From Bacillota bacterium (GTDB lineage Bacteria; Bacillota; Ch66; Ch109): 64,000 nucleotides of DNA. The stretch is from contig JBMNLH010000004.1 in assembly GCA_050952625.1 (NCBI GenBank), positions 321,697-385,696 of the forward strand, given 5' to 3'. The position numbers were made by a program, and so were the translations under genes. The notes beneath the pieces are model-generated. The model was not told the DNA's origin, ran no database searches, and saw nothing but the letters and a program-made list of their open reading frames with translations. Below are positions 30,819-41,915 of the stretch, one piece after another (within the stretch, counting starts at the first letter, position 1; each line of letters opens with the position of its first letter).

Positions 30819-31691
30819 ATGAGAATAAACCACAATATTGCCGCGTTGACCGCCTACAGAAATATGACCATCACCGGCAATATGATTACCAGATCCATCG
30901 AGAGGCTTTCTTCTGGCCTAAGAATAAATCGTGCCGCGGACGATCCCGCCGGTCTGGCTATCAGCGAGAAGATGAGGGCACAGATCAGGGGTCTGCAGCA
31001 AGCCAGCCGGAACGCTCAAGACGGGATGTCAATGATCCAGATCGCTGAGGGGGCCTTAAACGAAACGCACTCTATGATTCAGCGAATCAGAGAACTGGTG
31101 ATCCAGGGGCACAATGGCACTCTCAGCGACAGTGACAAAAAAGCCGTTCAGGAAGAGATCGAGCAGCTGATCGAAGAGATCAGGGGCATATCAAACAGAA
31201 CCGAGTTTAACACAAGAAAGCTCCTTGACGGCAGTTGTGACTCCGGCACCGGCAATGGGCTTTGGCTTCAGCTGGGGGCAAACGCCGGCCAGGGAATGTG
31301 CATCCAGTTCAGGAACATGAGTGCCGACAACTTGGGGTCTAGTGCAATCCCAGATTTCGCCCTGAGCGGGGTCAATATACTGACTAAATCCTTCGATGAC
31401 AACATAGCGGTTGTCGACCAAGCCCTTGCTGATGTATCCAGCGAGAGGGGCAGAATGGGTGCTTACATCAGTCGCCTTGAGCACACCATCAGCAATCTGA
31501 ACACGACTGCCGAAAACCTGATCGCCGCTGAATCCAGGATCAGGGATGTTGACATAGCCAAAGAGATGATGACGCTGACTAAGAACAAAATCCTCTACCA
31601 AGTCGCCCAGGCCATATTCGTTCAGGCCAATCAGCAAGCCGAGAGTGTCCTGTGGCTGCTGAACAGCATGGTAATGGTTCCTGATATTTAG
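30819..31691 (+). CDS. short flagellin (290 aa)
   Basis: [40 protein letters not shown]. Confidence 0.93.
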   Translation: MRINHNIAALTAYRNMTITGNMITRSIERLSSGLRINRAADDPAGLAISEKMRAQIRGLQQASRNAQDGMSMIQIAEGALNETHSMIQRIRELVIQGHNGTLSDSDKKAVQEEIEQLIEEIRGISNRTEFNTRKLLDGSCDSGTGNGLWLQLGANAGQGMCIQFRNMSADNLGSSAIPDFALSGVNILTKSFDDNIAVVDQALADVSSERGRMGAYISRLEHTISNLNTTAENLIAAESRIRDVDIAKEMMTLTKNKILYQVAQAIFVQANQQAESVLWLLNSMVMVPDI

Positions 31692-32029
31692 TTGCTATGA
31701 AGGGATATGGCGGCATTGTCGATGTCGAGGAAAGTTACTATGAGTGTCCCGCAAATGGTCTTCTATATCACGAGTTGACATTCCCCTCACGAAACTTAAT
31801 TGCCCATAGTTTCAACGACTATGGGCTTCTCGCCTTTTTTAAACTGTAAAGACTGGTCCAGATGGCCTTGATTATTTGGTCATCTTGGGTCTTTGATAAC
31901 CGCCCGCCGCACACTCGTGACTTTAGTCGAGAGTTAAGCGGGCAAATGTCTGCATATATTAGCAATTATAATATATGCGGGTAAATATTATGGAAATAAC
32001 AAAAGGCGGAGGTTATGTTTACTCCCTTA

Positions 32030-32130
32030 GATGCTCTGGGTTATATTTAATATTCTACAAAATTCGGAGAGGGACAGACTCCAATTAGGAGAAACCGGAA
32101 AGGCGACAGCCTTGCCGGTTTCTCCCGTGA
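32030..32130. repeat. about 90-bp dispersed element, copy 4, plus hairpin
   Basis: GCTCTGGGTTATATTTAATATTCTACAAAATTCGGAGAGGGACAGAC; hairpin GGAGAAACCGG...CCGGTTTCTCC. Confidence 0.72.
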
Positions 32131-32166
32131 GATACAGGGGTAAAAGACTATCTGAACTATCTGATC

Positions 32167-33041
32167 CTAATTTAATGCCTCAATGACTTTAGCTGCATCA
32201 TTAATATTATCAGCGACTATTAGTTCCTCAATAAATGTGTCTAAGGCAGTTTCATCGGTTATCTTTCTTACTCTTTCCTGCAGTTCCGTTGATTCTGGTC
32301 CATATTTTTTAAAGCAACTTGCAAACTGCTTTTTGCAATCCTTCAGATCTGCCCTGTTCCATCCCCTTTTCAATTCCCTTTTCTATGCCCTTTCGCATGC
32401 CCTTCTCCTCAAACTCTCGATACAGCTCTTGAAATGGTTGGGCCATTCTTAACACCTCCAATATCTTGGATTTTTCTGGTTCCTGTAACAGGCTGTAATT
32501 GGTTCCTACCATGGCCCCTATCAGGTAGCAGCCCAGATCTTTTTCCGGGTAATTTTCCAGCACTTTTGTCATTTCCAGGGCCCGTCGGGACCGGCTGCTG
32601 ATTTAACTGCGCATCATTGGTTAAAGGATAATCTTCATTTTATCCAGATTCCTTAAAGGTTCTCCTCTTAGGATCCGATCTTTTAACTCAAGGAATACTT
32701 GATCTCCGTCAAAGTCTTTTTCCAGGTAGATAACAGTCCGGGTCTGACGGATTGAGCCAATATCCAAGGGCCTAGGTACTTGCTTATTTCCAGGAGCATA
32801 GATAACAATGGGGTGGATTCTTTGACTGCGTTGCTTATAAAGTTCCAAATCGTAATGACCATATCGGATTTGATCATCTAGGGTTGGTTCGCTGGATTCG
32901 AATTCTAGATGGGCGATGGTATTATCAACCAAGATAAAGTTTATATCCATATCACGCTCTTTAACTTCAATCGTTGGTACATTCGTTGGTACTTTGGTTT
33001 GAATTACATCGACGATCCTTGCTAGTATTTAAGTCATAGAA
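32167..33041 (-). pseudogene. Rpn/YhgA-like gene, degenerate copy 2
   Basis: Homologous to copy 1, 5' truncated, stop/frameshift near 32621 and 32310. Confidence 0.85.
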
Positions 33042-33119
33042 AAGAAAAACCATCAATTGAACTTGGAGCCAGAGGGTATTTCTTTATAGAAACTAGAGTT
33101 TAGTTTGTCTAAGCAAGGA

Positions 33120-33144
33120 AGGAATATTTAGGATAATATAGAAT
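33120..33144 (+). promoter_or_regulatory. sigma-H-like promoter
   Basis: AGGA-17bp-GAAT upstream of 33221. Confidence 0.45.
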
Positions 33145-33220
33145 CCTATAACAAGAAATATGGATTCCGGTTTAAATGGATGAGATATAGAGGTGATAGA
33201 TTATTGTATATGACTATACA

Positions 33221-33778
33221 GTGGACGCGGTCAATGAAAAAACGAGACTATATTTTGTCGGAGGTATCCATGGCGTAGGTAAGTCATATTTTTGCGAACA
33301 GATGGTAAGAGAAAACGGCATTAATTCATACTCAGCAAGCAAACTCATTGCGGATTTAAAGCATGAGCATTTTAAGACTAATAAGTTTATTAAAGATATT
33401 GGTGACAATCAGAATTATTTATTAAAAGCAGTTAAAACGATAACTGATAAGGAATATTTACTTGATGGACACTTTTGTTTATTGAATTCTTCGGGTGAGG
33501 TTGAGCGAGTGCCGATTGATATATTCAAGGAGTTACCAATAGCTGCAATTATAGTTATATATGACGATGTCTCAAAAGTAGTAAAAAGAATAAATTTACG
33601 AGACGGCATTATGTATAGTGAGACAACTTTTGAATTTTTTCAAAATATGGAGCTTTCCTATGCTAAGGAGATAGCACTATTACTTAATGTTCCTTTTGCG
33701 TGCATAAGTTGTGAAAGCGATGTTATGGATAAACCTGAACAGATTATTAAGTGGCTAAGGAACAAGAACTTTTTCTAA
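33221..33778 (+). CDS. adenylate-kinase-like P-loop ATPase (AAA_18/AAA_17 type)
   Basis: FVGGIHGVGKS, SASKLI, LLDGHFCLL. Confidence 0.8.
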   Translation: MDAVNEKTRLYFVGGIHGVGKSYFCEQMVRENGINSYSASKLIADLKHEHFKTNKFIKDIGDNQNYLLKAVKTITDKEYLLDGHFCLLNSSGEVERVPIDIFKELPIAAIIVIYDDVSKVVKRINLRDGIMYSETTFEFFQNMELSYAKEIALLLNVPFACISCESDVMDKPEQIIKWLRNKNFF

Positions 33779-33856
33779 AGTCTATTTTTGGATTGGAATG
33801 TTTAAATAATCATCAGATGAAATATTTCAACTATTGGTCTTCGAGAAAAAATAATC

Positions 33857-33882
33857 TATAATAAAAAGGGAACACCCGTTCT
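33857..33882 (+). promoter_or_regulatory. TATAAT box followed by SOS box-like site
   Basis: TATAAT 33857-33862, GGAACACCCGTTCT 33869-33882. Confidence 0.45.
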
Positions 33883-33885
33883 CGT

Positions 33886-35409
33886 ATGGACAGGAGAGAT
33901 AATGTGAGAGTTTTATTAGACACTAATATTATCATCCATAGAGAGGCCAACTATGTTGTAAACAATGATATCGGGGTCTTATTTAAATGGTTAGATAATT
34001 TACACTATACTAAATGTATACATCCAATTACGGCTATGGAGTTGAATAAATATGAGGATCTAAAAGCAGTAAAATCTATAAACATCAAACGTAATTACCA
34101 TATCCTTCAGACGGAGGCACCTATACATTCAGATGTAGAAGACGTTTCTAAAAAATATGATAATACAGATAATGATAAAAACGATACCAAAATATTGAAT
34201 GAATTATTTTGTGGTCGAGTGGACCTCCTGATTACTGAAAATAGAAAAATTATCTTCAAAGCTTCTTTATTAAATATTGCAGATAGGGTATTTACTATTG
34301 ATGCTTTTTTAGAAAAAGTTACTGCTGATAATCCAGATCTCCAAGTTTATAAAGTATTATCAGTAAAAAAATACTTATTCGGTAGTATTGACCTAAACGA
34401 TCCTTTTTTTGATAGCTTAAAAGAGGATTATCCTGGATTCGAACAATGGTTTAATAAAAAAGCCGATGAATCAGCATATATCTATAAGGATTCAAAAGAA
34501 AGGATTATGGCCTTTTTATATCTTAAAGTTGAAAATGAAAATGAAGATTATTCAGATATAACACCAACTTTCCGTAGAAAAAGGCGTCTGAAAGTTGGTA
34601 CATTTAAAGTAATACTGAACGGATATAAATTAGGCGAGCGTTTTTTGAAAATTATATTTGATAATGCTCTGAATCTAAAGGTGGAGGAAATATACGTTAC
34701 TATATTTGATAAGACTATCGAACAACAACGATTAATTAGCTTAATGCTAGATTATGGGTTTAAATTTCATGGTTACAAAGGCCCAGAAAAAGAAATTGTA
34801 TTTGTGAGAGAACTAAATAAAATAGTTAATATAAATTATCCAAAATTGACCTATCCGTACATAGGAATAAATAACAAAATTTTTATTGTACCAATTTATC
34901 CGGAATATCACACTAATTTGTTCCCTGATTCTATACTAAACAATGAATCTCCAGAGGATTATGTTGATAATGAATCATATAGGAACGCAATAAGTAAGGT
35001 ATATATATCTAGATCATTTGAAAGGAATTTAAATCCAGGAGATTTGATAGTATTTTATAGAACTGGAGGATATTATAAAAGCGTTGTTACGACTATCGGA
35101 GTAGTTGAAAATACCATTATTAATATCAGAGACGAACAGCATTTTATTAGCTTGTGTAAAAAAAGAAGCGTATTTTCTGATGCAGAGTTATCAAAACATT
35201 GGAATTACGATAGGAGAAATCGACCATTTGTAGTTAACTTCCTTTATGTCTGTTCATTTCCGAAAAGGCCTAATTTAAAACGACTTATTGAAATTGGTGT
35301 TATTCCGAGTGTTAACAGTGCACCTAGGGGCTTCACGCCAATTAGTAAAAATGATTTTTATAATATTGTTGCGGAGGCAAAGTTAGATGAAAGTATTATT
35401 GTCGATTAA
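33886..35409 (+). CDS. PIN domain - GNAT-like - EVE/ASCH-like multidomain protein
   Basis: VLLDTNIIIHRE (PIN), DPFFDSLKEDYPGF..WF..K and LKVGTFKV..GERF (GNAT), VPIYPEYHTNLFP and GDLIVFYRT (PUA-like). Confidence 0.78.
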   Translation: MDRRDNVRVLLDTNIIIHREANYVVNNDIGVLFKWLDNLHYTKCIHPITAMELNKYEDLKAVKSINIKRNYHILQTEAPIHSDVEDVSKKYDNTDNDKNDTKILNELFCGRVDLLITENRKIIFKASLLNIADRVFTIDAFLEKVTADNPDLQVYKVLSVKKYLFGSIDLNDPFFDSLKEDYPGFEQWFNKKADESAYIYKDSKERIMAFLYLKVENENEDYSDITPTFRRKRRLKVGTFKVILNGYKLGERFLKIIFDNALNLKVEEIYVTIFDKTIEQQRLISLMLDYGFKFHGYKGPEKEIVFVRELNKIVNINYPKLTYPYIGINNKIFIVPIYPEYHTNLFPDSILNNESPEDYVDNESYRNAISKVYISRSFERNLNPGDLIVFYRTGGYYKSVVTTIGVVENTIINIRDEQHFISLCKKRSVFSDAELSKHWNYDRRNRPFVVNFLYVCSFPKRPNLKRLIEIGVIPSVNSAPRGFTPISKNDFYNIVAEAKLDESIIVD

Positions 35410-35758
35410 ACCGGAATTCGCAAATAAGATTTTTAATGGGATTAAACAGTATGAATATAGGCGAACTATCTTCAAAAAGACAAATATAGATAGTGTTCTT
35501 GTATATGCTACTTCACCCATCAGCAAAGTAATCGGCGAATTTGAAATTGATAATATAATTTGCGACGAATTAGAATCTTTGTGGAATAAAACCAGTCAAC
35601 ATTCAGGTATTAGCGAAGAATATTTTTATACATACTTCGGTAATAAAGAAAAAGGTTATGCTATTAAAATTAAAAATACTACTAAATATCAAAATCCATT
35701 ATCCTTAAAGGAAGAATTTAATGTTATGCCACCTCAATCATTTATTTATATAGAGTGA
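35387..35758 (+). CDS. ASCH domain protein
   Basis: MKVLLSIKPEFANKIF.G.K.YEYRR, YATSP..KVIGEF, PPQSF.Y. Confidence 0.9.
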   Translation: MKVLLSIKPEFANKIFNGIKQYEYRRTIFKKTNIDSVLVYATSPISKVIGEFEIDNIICDELESLWNKTSQHSGISEEYFYTYFGNKEKGYAIKIKNTTKYQNPLSLKEEFNVMPPQSFIYIE

Positions 35759-35797
35759 TTGTCTGGTTAAATAAGTTTGTTAGTCTTTCGTGTTGGT

Positions 35798-35900
35798 CTA
35801 TAAATACGACGAAAAGGTAACGACCACTGTCAGTTTGGCCAAGTGCTATTCGCTAGAATATAGGCATGCGCCTTGCTTTTGCCAAGACGCATGCCTTTTC
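35798..35900 (-). pseudogene. internally deleted brnT remnant with its upstream region
   Basis: 35798-35853 matches 30369-30423; 35854-35900 resembles 30571-30617. Confidence 0.8.
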
Positions 35901-36007
35901 CAACCCAGGCAGTAAACCTACTACTTGGTTCTGCTCTGTAACTGAATGATGGTATCTATTGATCGGTTAAGGCAACCAATTTTTTGCCCAAAAACCTGCC
36001 AAATTAT

Positions 36008-36035
36008 TAAAGAAAATGAAACCCATATACGATAC
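36008..36035 (+). promoter_or_regulatory. sigma-D promoter of flagellin 2
   Basis: TAAA-16bp-TACGATAC. Confidence 0.65.
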
Positions 36036-36188
36036 ATTATATTAGGACTGTAAGACTGAAAAAGGTTATTTAATGGAACAAAGTGAATCTTACCAAGGAG
36101 GTGATTGAGGGAAGGGTTTGGAAACCGCAGTCAGGCATTAGTTTAACAATTGTTAGGAAGAGTTAGTTTAATTAAAATTAAAATACGG

Positions 36189-36224
36189 CCAGGCAGGGAG
36201 GCTTGGACGTAAACTTCAAGGAGG
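36189..36224 (+). promoter_or_regulatory. CsrA-binding hairpin plus SD-overlapping site
   Basis: CCAGGC-AGGGAG-GCTTGG hairpin and CAAGGAGG. Confidence 0.6.
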
Positions 36225-36232
36225 AAGAAAAA

Positions 36233-38683
36233 ATGATTATTAACCACAACATTTCCGCGTTGAACACGTATCGGCAGTTGACGGCCAACAACACTATGGG
36301 TAACAAAGCCCTTGAGAAACTTTCATCCGGTCTTCGCATCAACCGGGCCGGTGACGATGCAGCTGGTCTGGCCATCTCCGAAAAGATGCGGGCTCAGATC
36401 CGCGGTTTGGATCAAGCTACTCGTAACGCCCAGGATGGTATATCCATGATTCAGACTACTGAAGGTGCTTTGAACGAAACCCACAGCATCCTGCAGCGGA
36501 TGCGCGAGCTGGCCAACCAAGCTGCTAACGACACCAATGTGGCGGTTGACCGTTCCGAGATCCAAAAGGAAATCAATCAGTTAACCTCTGAGATTAACCG
36601 AATCGGTAATACTACCGAGTTCAACACCCAGAAGTTGCTCAATGGTGGTGGAGAATTAAATGAAATCACCATGACCACCATGCAAGCCGGTGCTGCCAGT
36701 GGGGCTTTTAAGGGTGGGGCAGCCGTTGCAGCCGGAACAGTTTTAACTGCAGCAGTAGCTGCTACAGCTGCAATAGAAGTTGTTTCTGGCGTAACTCAGA
36801 CAATAAATTTTGGAACAGGAAATGGAGCTGCCGCTAATTCACTAACCATTAAATATGAAGTAGGTGGAGGAGCAACAGATGCGTCAGCAAATCTTGTTGG
36901 AAATGAAATCACAATTACTCTAGGGACTACGGCAGCTAATAATACTGCTACTAAAGTTGAAACTGCTTTAAAAGCAGTGGATCTAGCTTCAGTAGGAGTA
37001 GATGAATCCTTAATTACAGTGACAACAGATATAACTGGAGCTCCTCCTACCTTAACAGCAGCAGCAGGAAGCTCAAATGCTGTATCTGGAGGTGTTACAG
37101 AGGTTACCGCTACTGCAGGTTCAACATCTGTTCCCATTACCCCTGAAAAAACTAGCACCGCCGCAGTTGCAGCCCAATGGCTATCCAATGATTTAACCGC
37201 TCTAACCGCTGGTCAATCCGGCACCATCTCCTTTGCCGGTGTAACCATCAATGTTACAGCTGCTGCTGGTGCAACTCAGGGAGTCAGCGGAACCAACCAA
37301 GTGGGTGCAAATTTGGTTATTAACACTACCGCAACACCAGGAGCAGCAGATCAGGCCCAGTTAATAGTAGATGCCTTTAACGCAGTCAAAGCAGCTCAGC
37401 CCTCCACTGGTTCCCTTGCCAACTTTACCTTTGAAGTAGATGGCGATAAAATAAAAATTATTGGTACAAAAGAAGACGGGGCGAAGAATAATTCTTTAGC
37501 CTTAGCAGTTACTGGTAACGTAAATGCTACTGCCGCATCTGCTACAACAGCAGGTGTAACAGAAGTCCGTGGCGAGTATAGCTTTGAAATTGAGACAGCC
37601 TTTGAAAAGGCAGGAGTTCAGCTTAATATTGCTGGTCAAACTTTTACCTCCGTTGCCTCCGGTGCCAAAGCGGCTGATGGGGAGTTTAATGCAGGTACCG
37701 ACAAAGCACAACAAGCTATTAGCCTAGCCGCTGCCATTAATGCTAACACTAGCTTAAATACCCGCTTTGACGCCCTTGTGGATGGTGCTAAAATTATCCT
37801 GCGTGAAAAAGCCATGGCCGCCACTGGAATAGACGTTTCTAGTGGATTAGTTGTCGGGCCAACCAATAATGCCGTGCAAGGTAAATATTTATTCAACGTG
37901 GATGAATCGGTAGCAGTCGGCGGTAGATATTCCATCGATGGTGTAAACATCGAAGTAACCGACGATCTTAACCATACCGGTCTAGCTAATGGTACCGCCG
38001 TACTGTACGCAGCTGATACCACCCAGCAAGCATCAAATTTAGCCAATGCTATTGCCGTTAATTCAGCCCTTAGCGAAAAATATGATGTGGAAGTTTCCGG
38101 TAATAGCATCAACTTAACCCAAAAAGCAGGCAAAGAGACTATGACTGCCGCAACAGCCCAAACCAGTACCAATAAACACGAAACCTTCCAAGCTTCTTTC
38201 CAAGTAGGAGCAAACAGTGGTCAAAGCATGACCATTGAAGTAAGCGATATGAGATCCTTAGCCCTGGGAGTAAGTGGAAATGAATCTGGTGCCAAAGTAA
38301 CAGCTGAAAACGGAGTAGAGGCAAGCTATGTAACAGTAGCTAACGTATCTAATGGTACGGATAATACATCTGTTGAATACGCTTTAGATGTATCTACCCA
38401 TGAAAAGGCACAGGCAGCTATCAGTGTTATCAATGATGCCATTGAAATGGTATCCACAGAACGCTCCAAGCTAGGTGCCTACCAGAACCGTCTGGAGCAT
38501 ACCATCAACAACTTGGGCACATCCTCCGAAAACCTGACCGCCGCCGAGTCCCGTATCCGCGACGTCGACATGGCTAAGGAAATGATGGAGTTCACCAAGA
38601 TGAACATCCTGCAGCAGGCCGCTCAGGCGATGCTGGCTCAAGCTAACCAGGCACCGCAGGGAGTACTGCAGTTGTTGCGGTAA
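36233..38683 (+). CDS. flagellin (816 aa) with large Ala/Thr/Gly-rich variable region
   Basis: [16 protein letters not shown]...; [15 protein letters not shown]...QGVLQLLR; ATG after AAGGAGG. Confidence 0.96.
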   Translation: MIINHNISALNTYRQLTANNTMGNKALEKLSSGLRINRAGDDAAGLAISEKMRAQIRGLDQATRNAQDGISMIQTTEGALNETHSILQRMRELANQAANDTNVAVDRSEIQKEINQLTSEINRIGNTTEFNTQKLLNGGGELNEITMTTMQAGAASGAFKGGAAVAAGTVLTAAVAATAAIEVVSGVTQTINFGTGNGAAANSLTIKYEVGGGATDASANLVGNEITITLGTTAANNTATKVETALKAVDLASVGVDESLITVTTDITGAPPTLTAAAGSSNAVSGGVTEVTATAGSTSVPITPEKTSTAAVAAQWLSNDLTALTAGQSGTISFAGVTINVTAAAGATQGVSGTNQVGANLVINTTATPGAADQAQLIVDAFNAVKAAQPSTGSLANFTFEVDGDKIKIIGTKEDGAKNNSLALAVTGNVNATAASATTAGVTEVRGEYSFEIETAFEKAGVQLNIAGQTFTSVASGAKAADGEFNAGTDKAQQAISLAAAINANTSLNTRFDALVDGAKIILREKAMAATGIDVSSGLVVGPTNNAVQGKYLFNVDESVAVGGRYSIDGVNIEVTDDLNHTGLANGTAVLYAADTTQQASNLANAIAVNSALSEKYDVEVSGNSINLTQKAGKETMTAATAQTSTNKHETFQASFQVGANSGQSMTIEVSDMRSLALGVSGNESGAKVTAENGVEASYVTVANVSNGTDNTSVEYALDVSTHEKAQAAISVINDAIEMVSTERSKLGAYQNRLEHTINNLGTSSENLTAAESRIRDVDMAKEMMEFTKMNILQQAAQAMLAQANQAPQGVLQLLR

Positions 38684-39120
38684 TAGCTTGTAATACAACA
38701 AGAGGTCTCAGGTTAATATTGGAACCTTACCTTTCAAAATTTTAGTAGGGTGATGAACGACACGGTGGTTCCTTTAATAAGCAAGTGTATTAACTGTGGA
38801 TTTAAGGCAGATTTAATAAGACGAGTGGCTATTACCATCGGTATGTATAGATGCACAAATCCTGACTGTAAACATTATAATCGGCCGTTTGCGAGAAACT
38901 TCGGCAACTGATAATCATGTCAAAAAAGACCTTCGAAGAGATCCTTCGGGGGTCTTTCTTTTCGCCATGAAACGCCATGAAACTAAGAAAATAAGACATG
39001 AGGGTATTAGATCCCGCATTCAGCATGTACTTTACAGAAAAAATATTTAAGAAGTGTCCAGTATCTGGCAGGGACGTAAATTTATGTCGAATATAACTCT
39101 CTAAGATATTTCTTTGGGAG

Positions 39121-39993
39121 TTGATTCGATTGTCAATATTTGCTGGGATTAAGACCCTTAAACCAATGGCTGTTCCGGTAGTCACCAGGCTCTGTCGTCT
39201 AGCTAAGATTCGGGAGCTGGTTAACGAGATAGTATTATGGAGAGAGGATAATTCTAAAATCTCTCCGGGTCTCCTGATCGAAACCCTCATTATTAGTATC
39301 TTCTGCGGCCGGATGCCTTTATGAAAAGTGCATCAATTCTGGGCTGAGCAGGATCTATCTACCCTGTTTCCCGATGTGGAATTATCAATTGATCAGCTTA
39401 ACGAACATGCCTACGGCCGGGCCTTAGATAAACTAGCTGAAGTTGATTTGAACAAACTGATCAGTTTGGTATCCTTGGTTATGCTTGATATTCACAGATT
39501 AGATATCTCTACTGTTCATCTAGATACTACTTCCATATCTGTCGAAGGAATCTATGATGCAGAACCATACAATGATTTTACGATTAACAGGGGACATAGT
39601 AAGGATCTGCGCCCGGACCTTAAACAATTCAAAATTGGGGCTGCAGTGCAACAAAACGGCCAAGTAGTCATGGGTGAAATGCTCTCTGGGAACAAATCTG
39701 ATAACAAATGGAACCCGGAAGCAGCCTTGAAAATGAAAGAGTTCTTTAATACCCAAGGTTATCGGGATGTCGTCTTTGTTAGTGACTGTGCTTTGATCTC
39801 CAATGAATCTTTAGCTAATCTGACCAAGCAGCGCGTTCAGTTTATCTCTCGACTGCCAGAAACCTATAACCTGGCGAAAGAACTAAAAACACTGGCCTGG
39901 GCCGAAAGCTCCTGGCATGACATTGGGATAGTCAGTGAAACCAACTCGAAAAAGGCTTCTCACTACCGGATAATGTTAACCGTCAAGCCTTAA
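39121..39993 (+). mobile_element. IS1634-family transposase pseudogene
   Basis: SPGLLIETLI, HLDTTSISVEG.Y, GHSKDLRPDLKQ; in-frame TGA at 39322-39324 and 3' truncation. Confidence 0.82.
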
Positions 39994-40129
39994 ATATGGT
40001 CCGTTGGGCCGGGTTTAATCCGGAAGAAATCTATCTCAAACCGATATCACTAAATGCATAACTTATGGAAATAGATTCCTTTTGTCATAAATCAAAAAGG
40101 TTTAGGGTGACATGATGAACATGGGTTAG

Positions 40130-40310
40130 ATGGACATAAGCGAACAACGGTCATTGGTAGCAGAATGCCGGGCCTGTGTGATGACTGCAAAAGCTTGGTG
40201 CGAAGCCAAAGACATCAATTACCGTCGATATCTAACTTGGGTAACCGAAGTTAATCGAGAAGAACAACATGGATCACAGCAATGGGCAGAGGTGATGATT
40301 AACAAAGAGA
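40130..40310 (+). mobile_element. IS66 TnpA-like fragment
   Basis: VAECRA..MTAKAWCE..DINYRRY..W. Confidence 0.5.
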
Positions 40311-40507
40311 AATATTCGAGTCGGAAAAGGCCTTCGAAGAAAAGTCTGAAAAAACTTTGGGAAGACAATGCAGCTTATTATTTCAAAAAGAAATATACAG
40401 GTCCGATGGAGAGCAATCTCTATCGGGCCTTTTTGCTGTCTATCAAAAATTAAAGGGGGTAATCAAGATAAACGGCCTCTTCAAGACCGGGAACAATCAA
40501 ACTTAAT

Positions 40508-40535
40508 TGAAGAAGTTGCTCATTCCTTACGATAA
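40508..40535 (+). promoter_or_regulatory. sigma-D-like promoter of fliB
   Basis: TGAA-16bp-TACGATAA. Confidence 0.6.
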
Positions 40536-40577
40536 CTAAAGAGAGGCCATTCAAACCAAAACATAAGGAGGCGTGGC

Positions 40578-41828
40578 ATGCCAGCCAAACATTTTTTAGT
40601 TCCGGATTATGTCTTGCAGTTTAAGTGCGCTTGTTGTACCGAGTGTTGCAAGCGTTGGCGGATTAATATTGATAAACAAACAGTCGAAAAATACGAACAA
40701 CTGGCCGTAGACGATCCCGAGCTATCCACACTGCTAGCAGAGGGCTTGAAAAAGGATAAGCGCGGCGGAGGGGTCGTTCGGCTAAAAAATAAAGTTAAGA
40801 AGCAAACTCGGGAAGTTGACGGACAGCAAAAGGAAGAATTAATTCTGGTGGATAGCGCGATCTGCCCTTTCCTTGATCAGGATGGGTTATGTTTTATTCA
40901 GAAAAAATACGGGGTAGAGGCTCTTTCCGATACCTGTAAGATTTTTCCCCGCAACATCTTTCTGACCGAGCGGGGCTATGAAATGTCTCTGACCTACGCC
41001 TGCAAAACTGCAGCTCAAACCTTGAAAAATAAAAACATGGTCGAGTTTTACCAGGACCCGGCCGGGTTTGATTATCCAGAATTACACGGGCAGTATGGCA
41101 AAATCGGTAATCTGTTGGACCGGAAAAAAGCTGGCCGAACCAATTACTTTAAAGTGGAAGAATTACTGATTGATCTGATGCAGTTACGCCAGATGGATAT
41201 TGATACCCGGCTCATCTTGACCGGCATCGTGGTGGACAAACTAAAAGATGGTGATATCCTTGGCATCAGCAAGTACCTGCAGAACATGGACACCCCTCTT
41301 ATCAGCCAATTAAAAACAGTTCCTTCTCAGCCGGTTTTTATGTTCAAGCTGATTAAAGAAGCAGTGGACAAGCGGCTCTTCCTCAAGATTACCGAACAGG
41401 AGATGACCCGTCTCCTGATGATGGCCTATAACCAGCTTCAACTGCTGAATGAAGCGGTGATCACGGACGAGAAAGTGCAACAATTCTTGACCGGTTACGC
41501 GCAGTACTATCGGCCCTATCTCGATGAGATTAGTCATGTTTACGAGAATTACTTTGTCAACTTTATCTTCTCCAAAAAGTACTACACCCACAAATACCTG
41601 GATGCTTATTTCCTGATGCTGTTCTTCTATATTCTGATTCGTTTCTTTACGGTCTGCGTCTGTATCGTTGAGGACCGTCCAGTGGATGAAGATATGGTTG
41701 TCGGGGTGATCCAGGCAATCGAACGTTCTGTAGGCCATAACTCTGCCTATTACGAAGATGTGCTGCGATTAATCAAAGCGGGCGACTACCACCGGTTGCC
41801 CTATGTAATTTCCTTGATTAACCTGTAG
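40578..41828 (+). CDS. fliB: flagellin lysine-N-methylase
   Basis: PDY..QFKC...CC..W.I.ID, CPFL..GLC.IQ..G...LS.TC..FPR; flagellin context. Confidence 0.87.
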   Translation: MPAKHFLVPDYVLQFKCACCTECCKRWRINIDKQTVEKYEQLAVDDPELSTLLAEGLKKDKRGGGVVRLKNKVKKQTREVDGQQKEELILVDSAICPFLDQDGLCFIQKKYGVEALSDTCKIFPRNIFLTERGYEMSLTYACKTAAQTLKNKNMVEFYQDPAGFDYPELHGQYGKIGNLLDRKKAGRTNYFKVEELLIDLMQLRQMDIDTRLILTGIVVDKLKDGDILGISKYLQNMDTPLISQLKTVPSQPVFMFKLIKEAVDKRLFLKITEQEMTRLLMMAYNQLQLLNEAVITDEKVQQFLTGYAQYYRPYLDEISHVYENYFVNFIFSKKYYTHKYLDAYFLMLFFYILIRFFTVCVCIVEDRPVDEDMVVGVIQAIERSVGHNSAYYEDVLRLIKAGDYHRLPYVISLINL

Positions 41829-41915
41829 GTTTGATCTTGCAACCAGTCTGACGGTTCTTTTGGCAGGAAAACACCAATGTCAATTCGCAATAATCGATGA
41901 AATGGGGAATACAAA

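Noticed and set aside
36323-38701. Antisense ORFs inside the flagellins, kinases and Rpn genes
   Set aside because: Explained by codon bias of the sense genes; no SD or recognisable motifs
38832-39290. 152-aa minus-strand ORF
   Set aside because: Overlaps the IS1634 remnant and its end; no recognisable features
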